A stretch of 28,778 nucleotides of DNA from a virus (lineage: Duplodnaviria; Caudoviricetes): IMG/VR virus record IMGVR_UViG_3300027857_000049, positions 1 through 28,778 of that record; one strand, given 5' to 3'. The notes under the pieces are model-generated. The model ran no database searches and was not told where the DNA came from. It saw only the letters and a list, made by a program, of their open reading frames with translations. Positions within the stretch are counted from its first letter, which is position 1. Each line of letters starts with the position of its first letter. Of this stretch, positions 23,670 to 28,778 are shown piece by piece. A program made the position numbers and the translations under genes.

Positions 23670-23863
23670 AGGATCGAATCTTTCGGGTCGCTAATTCCGA
23701 CGATTGAATCGCGCGGCGGAGTTTTCAAATAAAACTCTAGCGTATTGCCGTCGAAGCGACGCACGAATTTGCATTCGGAACGATGCCAGCGATGGAGTTC
23801 GCAGCGAAGAAATATCTGCGTATGCAGGATCACAATCTCCTTTGGACATCGAAAGATGCTCAT
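23666..23863 (-). CDS. Hypothetical Cys/His-containing protein (65 aa)
   Basis: ATGA overlaps at both ends. CELHRWHRSEC. Confidence 0.55.
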   Translation of the reverse strand: MSIFRCPKEIVILHTQIFLRCELHRWHRSECKFVRRFDGNTLEFYLKTPPRDSIVGISDPKDSIL

Positions 23864-24567
23864 GCGCCCACCGCACAGAGCACAACCGATTCAGCCGGAG
23901 GATTGTAGCCAAAGAATCCTGGGCACTGTTCGAGTTTCATTCCAAGACGGTAGGCAATCAGAGACGCTGCGGTCTGGTCATGTCTGTGGCCGAGCACGTC
24001 AGGGGGGCCGCACGGCCCCATCATGCTCGGGTCTAGCGGCCAGTGTTTCGGGTTGTTCGTGTTCGACCACGGCCCGCAGAAGGCTTTCGTCTTGGCGAGG
24101 CGAATGTATTCGCTCAGGAATTCAGCGCCGATTGGATGCTTTGTGTTCACGCCAAAGGCCGTCGCTACGACCTGCGGAAAACGGCTATTTATTTCTCGTG
24201 CCTCTTCGTACGGTACGCCGGGAAACAAATCCTCATACGCACTGTCGGCTGTCCATTCTGCATTGCGCCAACCGTTCAAAGGTATCCAGTAACCTTCATT
24301 CTCGATTCTTTCCCACAAAAAGTCCATTGATCGCACGACCACCACGGCTGCATCGCACCACAACAATAATTCTGCTTCGCTCGACGCGACTTTCAGAGCT
24401 TCGGCCTTAAACGCATAAGGCTTTTCGGCGTGAGTAGGCCAATCAGGTGGCAATTCCGTCCAGCCGTAGAATAGTGATTGAGGGTCGAATTGTTTTACTG
24501 TTTTTTCCAGACGCTTCAGCCCTTCCAAGTAGCGCCCTGTTCCTACGCTGACAACTGCACGCCGCAT
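23860..24567 (-). CDS. Putative glycosyltransferase (DUF1647/GT34-like GT-A)
   Basis: KPYAFK, LLLWCDAAVVV and GHRHDQTAASLI motifs. Confidence 0.7.
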   Translation of the reverse strand: MRRAVVSVGTGRYLEGLKRLEKTVKQFDPQSLFYGWTELPPDWPTHAEKPYAFKAEALKVASSEAELLLWCDAAVVVVRSMDFLWERIENEGYWIPLNGWRNAEWTADSAYEDLFPGVPYEEAREINSRFPQVVATAFGVNTKHPIGAEFLSEYIRLAKTKAFCGPWSNTNNPKHWPLDPSMMGPCGPPDVLGHRHDQTAASLIAYRLGMKLEQCPGFFGYNPPAESVVLCAVGA

Positions 24568-25052
24568 CTTTTTCCCCTCGGTCTGCGATTATTCGCTTGT
24601 TCTTTTGGTGTCGCCCAGCGGCAGTTTGAAGGCTCGTAATTGCCGGACGGATTCGGGAATCGGTCTAAAGTTTTTCCAAGCGGGCGCGGGCCCATGTCTT
24701 CAAAGAAGTTCTCAAACTTCATCCAGCGTTCGCAGACCGTGATGCCGCGACCGCCGTAACGGTGATAGCCGTGATATTTGATCGACGTACAACGGTTCAT
24801 CATTCCATCCCAAGAACGATAAGCCCCGGTCTTGTGTGCCTGTCCGTGGGTCGTGTTTGCTGCGATAATGGTTTCTTTCCAGAGGCAACCGCAACTCTTC
24901 GTTCCTTTTTTCAGGTTGTTATTGCTGACTCTTACCGTGTTTCCGCAATCGCAGCGGCATTCCCATTCGATGTTCGCACCACAATGGCCGCTGGGACGGA
25001 TTGCTATCAGCCTTCCGAATCGGATGCCAGCGTTGTTTTTGAAAGCGGCCAC
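24543..25052 (-). CDS. Phage HNH-type homing endonuclease
   Basis: WECRCDCGN, SCGC, YGGRGITVCERW..FENFFEDMG.RP...TLDR...GNYEPSNCRWAT..EQANN. Confidence 0.85.
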   Translation of the reverse strand: MAAFKNNAGIRFGRLIAIRPSGHCGANIEWECRCDCGNTVRVSNNNLKKGTKSCGCLWKETIIAANTTHGQAHKTGAYRSWDGMMNRCTSIKYHGYHRYGGRGITVCERWMKFENFFEDMGPRPLGKTLDRFPNPSGNYEPSNCRWATPKEQANNRRPRGKRCGVQLSA

Positions 25053-25738
25053 TAGACCATCACCGCCCGAAGTTTCTCCGCATCCCGCTCTCGTTCCGGC
25101 GCCATTGTGTCGAACAACTTAGCATAGTAGCTGTTGTTTTCCATAGCCAGCCTCTGCTTGTAGGTATCATCGAGTTCTGACTTGCGGTAGGTGTAGTGCA
25201 GGTGCTCGATCTTGACATCGGGCAGATAGCGAAGCCGGTCAATCCTTCGCCCCACGTCCCAAATCCAGGTGTCAGTGTAGTCGCCCTGAAAAGAAGGATT
25301 CGTTAGATAGCCCAGAGTCTCTACCCATTTGCGACTGACAAACGGATGCGTACAGAAAGTTGAGGCGTTCGGTTGCCCGTTGTCGGCGTGAGCCACGATG
25401 ATCTTGTCTGCTGATTTTGCAAATTCCGCTTCGATCTTTTCGGCCCATCCCGGTGTATGGAAAACCAAGTCATCATTGGCGAGCATGAGGATGTCGCCGG
25501 ATGCGGCCTTTGCACAGTCGTTCCAGTATTCGGAAAGTTTGCGCTTCATCCCGAACAGGCATACGAGATCGGCGGCAGGCTTGCTGCTCTCGTATTTCGC
25601 CAAGAATCTCTGTGTTTCCAAGTCGTCGTCAGCGTAGACCACAATCTCAAAAGGTATAGTGCGTGTTCCCATCGCTGATTCGATCATGCGGAACAGTTGC
25701 GGGACTCTCTTGCGGGTCGGCAGACAGATGCTAATCAC
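25052..25738 (-). CDS. Glycosyltransferase family 2-like
   Basis: MISICLPTRKR, VYADDD, SGDILMLANDD, YTDTW, IEHLHY. GTGA overlap. Confidence 0.85.
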   Translation of the reverse strand: MISICLPTRKRVPQLFRMIESAMGTRTIPFEIVVYADDDLETQRFLAKYESSKPAADLVCLFGMKRKLSEYWNDCAKAASGDILMLANDDLVFHTPGWAEKIEAEFAKSADKIIVAHADNGQPNASTFCTHPFVSRKWVETLGYLTNPSFQGDYTDTWIWDVGRRIDRLRYLPDVKIEHLHYTYRKSELDDTYKQRLAMENNSYYAKLFDTMAPERERDAEKLRAVMV

Positions 25739-25968
25739 TTGTTTCTCCGCTTCTTTCTCTGTTTGGTTTTCTGCTCAAAGCACGGTATGTATTTGGCACG
25801 AGAGGCTCGCCTCAATAGATCCTTTCGAAACAGCATGTCGATCCCCGGGATTCTGCATTTAGGGTAGGGATTGAATCCGTAGATTGTGAGCATGAACATC
25901 CTGCGTAATTGGCCCCTCTCCGTCTTGGGCCACCTGCGGAACAGTTCAGCTCTAGTTTTCATTTTCAT
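25735..25968 (-). CDS. Hypothetical basic protein (77 aa)
   Basis: Fills the gap between two GT genes with 4-nt overlaps on both sides. Confidence 0.5.
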   Translation of the reverse strand: MKMKTRAELFRRWPKTERGQLRRMFMLTIYGFNPYPKCRIPGIDMLFRKDLLRRASRAKYIPCFEQKTKQRKKRRNK

Positions 25969-26759
25969 TGGCGCTCACCTGCCATTTCTTTGACCGTGAT
26001 GTCCTGCCCGAATAATTCGATTCGCTTGCGCTCGTTTTTCAGAAGTTCCCGCGAGAACGCGATGCGCTGCGTCAAATCGCCTTCCGGTGGCGCTGAGCCT
26101 CGCCGATTGTATCCGTAGTGGCCCAGATGCGTAGCAAGAGGCTTTTCGGGGAAGCGCGTCTTCCATTTGTAATGCTCAACACATCGAAGAAAGAATCCAT
26201 CCTGTTCTGCCCCTCCGCGTGCATAGCGAGACTTCGGGAACATCTTCGTGTCAATCACGCGCTGCATTTCCTGCCGGGTCGTAGCGAAGTATTCGGGGAC
26301 GACATGCGAAAGCGCTTTTCTAAGATAATTGGCGTTCCAACTTGCACAGGGTGACTCGTACCAACTTGCTAGATGCTTGGAAGGAATGCGAGCGCAGACT
26401 GCGGCGTACTGATCGCCCCTGTAATAGTCTCCGATTTCCAATGTCCGTCGCGCCCATTCGAGATAGTTCGGATGGATGATGGTGTCGTCTTCGATCAGAT
26501 GCACGATCTCGTACTCCGTGTCGATGGCGAAGCGCGCGCCGGAGATCAGGTTGAAGGAGTTCCCATAATAGTTGTGCGGCTCCGTGATGAATAGATTCGC
26601 ATTGGCAGAGAGGCAGATTTGCACCAAGTCATCGCTTTTGTAGCCTCTGTCGCTGAACACAGCTATCGTCACTCGCGGGTCTGCTTTGCGGATCGCTTCG
26701 AGGCACAAAAATAATAATTCATCGCGTTCCCAAGTTGGGACTATGCAGATTTCTTTCAT
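25965..26759 (-). CDS. Glycosyltransferase, GT-A fold (family 2-like)
   Basis: CIVPTWERDELL, VFSD, VHLIEDD, EQDG and HLGHYG. Confidence 0.75.
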   Translation of the reverse strand: MKEICIVPTWERDELLFLCLEAIRKADPRVTIAVFSDRGYKSDDLVQICLSANANLFITEPHNYYGNSFNLISGARFAIDTEYEIVHLIEDDTIIHPNYLEWARRTLEIGDYYRGDQYAAVCARIPSKHLASWYESPCASWNANYLRKALSHVVPEYFATTRQEMQRVIDTKMFPKSRYARGGAEQDGFFLRCVEHYKWKTRFPEKPLATHLGHYGYNRRGSAPPEGDLTQRIAFSRELLKNERKRIELFGQDITVKEMAGERQ

Positions 26760-26932
26760 CTGGTGATCCTCGGAAGCTTTCTTCCTAAACTATGAACAGG
26801 GCACTTTCCTGTACGATCCCATCGCGCACCGTAATCGTTTCCGCAAGTGCATCGCGGATCGCCGCCAGCTTCTTTACACGCCCACGGTCTTCGGCAAGGT
26901 AATCCACTGTGATGGTGCATTTTATATTTCAT
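26756..26932 (-). CDS. 58-aa Cys/His-rich hypothetical protein
   Basis: MKYKMHHHSGLPC...RCTCGND...KCPVH. ATGA overlaps at both ends. Confidence 0.55.
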   Translation of the reverse strand: MKYKMHHHSGLPCRRPWACKEAGGDPRCTCGNDYGARWDRTGKCPVHSLGRKLPRITR

Positions 26933-27084
26933 AGCCATCCTTGTTTGTGATCTTTGCAGTAGACCTGCTCGTTCGAGACGATTGTGTGTTTCAGGCACAG
27001 CGGCCGCAGACAGATCGAACAGAAAAATCTCCCGACCGCATGGCCACAAAACACACATTGCGGCGGTTTGGGTTTCTTTTTCAC
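26929..27084 (-). CDS. 51-aa double zinc-finger protein (B-box/AN1-like pattern)
   Basis: Hand-translated: MKKKPKPPQCVFCGHAVGRFFCSICLRPLCLKHTIVSNEQVYCKDHKQGWL*. GTGA and ATGA overlaps. Confidence 0.7.
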   Translation of the reverse strand: MKKKPKPPQCVFCGHAVGRFFCSICLRPLCLKHTIVSNEQVYCKDHKQGWL

Positions 27085-27347
27085 GACGGTCTAACGATTC
27101 TCGGCCCCTGTTGCGGCATCTCCGGAAGCATGAACAGCGGCACAGGCTTTCTGCAGGCAGGGCAAAAGAACATGACGGCCCGGACTGCGCCGATCTGAAT
27201 CGGGCGAAATTGCGGCATCAAAGGCTCGGCATTGCAGTGTGGACAAACCGGCAATCCCGGCGTGTCTGGAACTTCTCCGACGAGCGAACCGTCTTCGGTT
27301 TTCGTCAGCGGTTCTGATTCTTGTTTCGGCTTCTCGTCTTCGCTCAC
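27081..27347 (-). CDS. 88-aa zinc-ribbon protein
   Basis: CPHC...CPAC, GGAG SD and GTGA overlap. Confidence 0.65.
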   Translation of the reverse strand: MSEDEKPKQESEPLTKTEDGSLVGEVPDTPGLPVCPHCNAEPLMPQFRPIQIGAVRAVMFFCPACRKPVPLFMLPEMPQQGPRIVRPS

Positions 27348-27673
27348 TTGATCTCCCTTTCAGTCAACTGCCAGGTCTTGCGCTTTCCGCGCGGGCCCTT
27401 CTTCGCCCATCCGTGCAAAAGAATTCTCCCGCCAGATTCCAAGAAAGTATAAGTCCGATATTCATCGCGGATTTTCGCTTCTCGTTCTGCGAGATGACCC
27501 ATCGTCGTGCATTGCACGAGAGCGATGCCAAAATCAGGCTCGCAGACGAGTAAATCCCCGAACCCGAACACGTCTATTCGCCGCATGGTGTAGTGATTGA
27601 ACTTCTCGACATGCGCGACGATGAAACCCTGCTTCTCGAAATACCTTTTCGATCTGGCTGTCGTCGTTACCAT
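27344..27673 (-). CDS. PD-(D/E)xK nuclease, Holliday junction resolvase-like
   Basis: YFEKQGFIVAHVE...DVFGFGDLL...ALVQCTT...ILLHGW. Likely start ATG 27673 (109 aa). Confidence 0.65.
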   Translation of the reverse strand: MVTTTARSKRYFEKQGFIVAHVEKFNHYTMRRIDVFGFGDLLVCEPDFGIALVQCTTMGHLAEREAKIRDEYRTYTFLESGGRILLHGWAKKGPRGKRKTWQLTEREIK

Positions 27674-27795
27674 TTCCAAATCCTGTCTCCAGCGGCGCGC
27701 TGAAATTGCCGAACACAATACGCTATCCGGTTGCGGCGTTTCAACTGGTAAAGCAGGCCGATCCTCCGAATCTCGGCCCACGGAGTTACTTGCAT
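27667..27795 (-). CDS. 42-aa basic hypothetical protein
   Basis: MQVTPWAEIRRIGLLYQLKRRNRIAYCVRQFQRAAGDRIWKW*. It overlaps both neighbours and has a GAGG SD. Confidence 0.45.
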   Translation of the reverse strand: MQVTPWAEIRRIGLLYQLKRRNRIAYCVRQFQRAAGDRIWKW

Positions 27796-28025
27796 GGCGC
27801 CTCTTTGACGTGCCAGTGGCCGAGCTTGCAGCGATAGACCGATCCCTCTGGACGTTTCAAAGCGCGCGCGGTTTCAGATGCTAAGACTTTGGAGATATAT
27901 ATACTTCCAATACATAAAGAATATAACCCGTAGTCGTCGGAACGAGGCTTATCTGTGGAAATCTGGCTTATCTGTTGACCTGTTTGGACTTGTGCTTGTG
28001 CAAAACTCCGCTTTGCCCTGTGCAT
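27786..28025 (-). CDS. 79-aa hypothetical protein with a YRCxxGHWH motif
   Basis: AAGGAGG upstream of ATG 28025. The C-terminal VYRCKLGHWHV is a common small phage motif. Confidence 0.55.
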   Translation of the reverse strand: MHRAKRSFAQAQVQTGQQISQISTDKPRSDDYGLYSLCIGSIYISKVLASETARALKRPEGSVYRCKLGHWHVKEAPCK

Positions 28026-28131
28026 GACTGTGTAAAGCCTCCTTTTTCCGATGCCTTCGAGAGAGTGATCGTCCGAGTTTTCAACAGAATCCACAGCCGT
28101 GCACATAGTTTTCAACAGAGTTTTGCACAAG
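27946..28131. repeat. DnaA-box-like repeat cluster (possible origin or DnaA-binding region)
   Basis: TTTTGCACA (28121-28129) and its inverse TGTGCAAAA (27997-28005) fit TTWTNCACA and sit within a perfect 14-bp inverted repeat. Near matches lie at 28078, 28087, 28109 (+) and 27954, 28029 (-). Direct repeats are AGTTTTCAACAGA x2 and GGCTTATCTGT x2. Confidence 0.6.
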
Positions 28132-28140
28132 GCTTTTGGC

Positions 28141-28449
28141 TCACAATTCTTCTTCAGTTTCCGCTTCCTCGCCCGCTTTCGTGATCCTGACTTTGACACT
28201 TTCTTCCTCGTTGACGATGACAATCGAGACGCCATTGTGATCGTAGCTCGTCTTTTTGTTTCGGTGCATCGCGACGAGAAGGTCGTTCTTGAGTTCGACT
28301 TCTTGTTTGCCGATCGCTTGCCGCTTATCGCGGAGTTTCGCATATTTTTCTGCGAGAGATTCAAGTTCCTCGATAGCGGGATCTTCTGCGCCCGGCAGAC
28401 GCCGCTGTTTTGGTGGAGCGAGCTTCTTTTCTTTCTTTGCTTTCGTCAC
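28141..28449 (-). CDS. Hypothetical coiled-coil protein (102 aa)
   Basis: GAGG SD before GTG and a protein-like charged helical sequence. Confidence 0.7.
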   Translation of the reverse strand: MTKAKKEKKLAPPKQRRLPGAEDPAIEELESLAEKYAKLRDKRQAIGKQEVELKNDLLVAMHRNKKTSYDHNGVSIVIVNEEESVKVRITKAGEEAETEEEL

Positions 28450-28467
28450 TGATTTTCCCCCTCGTTT

Positions 28468-28778
28468 TTAGAATGGTAGCTGCAACGTCTCTGCTGGCCC
28501 TTTGTAAACTGGTGTTTTGTCCGGTTTGGGTCTGTGTGCTTGGGTCGTCTGGATGTCAATAGTCTTCGATCCGAACGGCTCGCGGTAGTACGGCGGCGGC
28601 GCGACTGTCCACTTGCCCAGGTCGATGTAGAGTTCTTCGCCTTCGCCGTTGTTATCGATGACGCCGAACGTCTCTGCATCGACCAGCGAGATTGTAAAGA
28701 GTTCGCCGTCTACCATGTGATGAACTTCTTCCACTTGCCAAGTCTTGAGAACCGGCAAGACACGGACATCGAAGCCCA
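28468..28778 (-). CDS. Hypothetical protein, 5' end probably beyond the window
   Basis: The frame stays open upstream of TTG 28758 to the window edge (GFDVRVLPVLKTW...). Confidence 0.55.
   Translation of the reverse strand, partial: GFDVRVLPVLKTWQVEEVHHMVDGELFTISLVDAETFGVIDNNGEGEELYIDLGKWTVAPPPYYREPFGSKTIDIQTTQAHRPKPDKTPVYKGPAETLQLPF

Noticed and set aside
24543-25052. Group I intron or intein around the HNH gene
   Set aside because: The flanking GT genes are complete separate ORFs, there is no non-coding room for a ribozyme core, and no intein splice motifs are seen.
27786-28364. 192-aa ORF as listed in the track
   Set aside because: Its 5' part overlaps the better 28141..28449 gene and the repeat cluster. 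The SD supports a start at 28025.

Overview
This window is a 28.8-kb segment of a tailed dsDNA phage or prophage with a siphovirus-like layout and a GTA-type tail tip. Almost all real genes lie on the minus strand, mostly coupled by ATGA/GTGA overlaps. Reading right to left in transcription order, it first has small hypothetical genes, a cluster of DnaA-box-like repeats, a Holliday-junction-resolvase-like nuclease and several micro zinc-finger ORFs. Next is a 5.4-kb cluster of soluble glycosyltransferases and sugar-type methyltransferases interrupted by an HNH endonuclease, then an SNF2-helicase/DNA-methyltransferase fusion. The head module follows: terS, terL (apparently lacking a canonical start), a portal-MuF fusion, a beta-propeller glycoside-hydrolase-like protein, a LuxR HTH, protease/scaffold and a large major capsid protein. 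The neck genes carry repeat-bounded inserts, followed by tail tube, frameshifted G/GT chaperones, tape measure, a Dit-like gene and a partial hub gene. The most notable non-routine signals are (1) a possible phage-encoded glycan synthesis and methylation system; (2) a promoter-bearing, tRNA-like antisense RNA inside a 13-bp direct-repeat cassette array; (3) a chromosomal-type parS site plus DnaA-box clusters; (4) a ~60-aa domain shared by the head-tail connector and the tail tube; and (5) a probable ATA start for terL. No integrase, repressor or lysis genes were recognised. All family assignments come from motif recognition by eye, not database searches.
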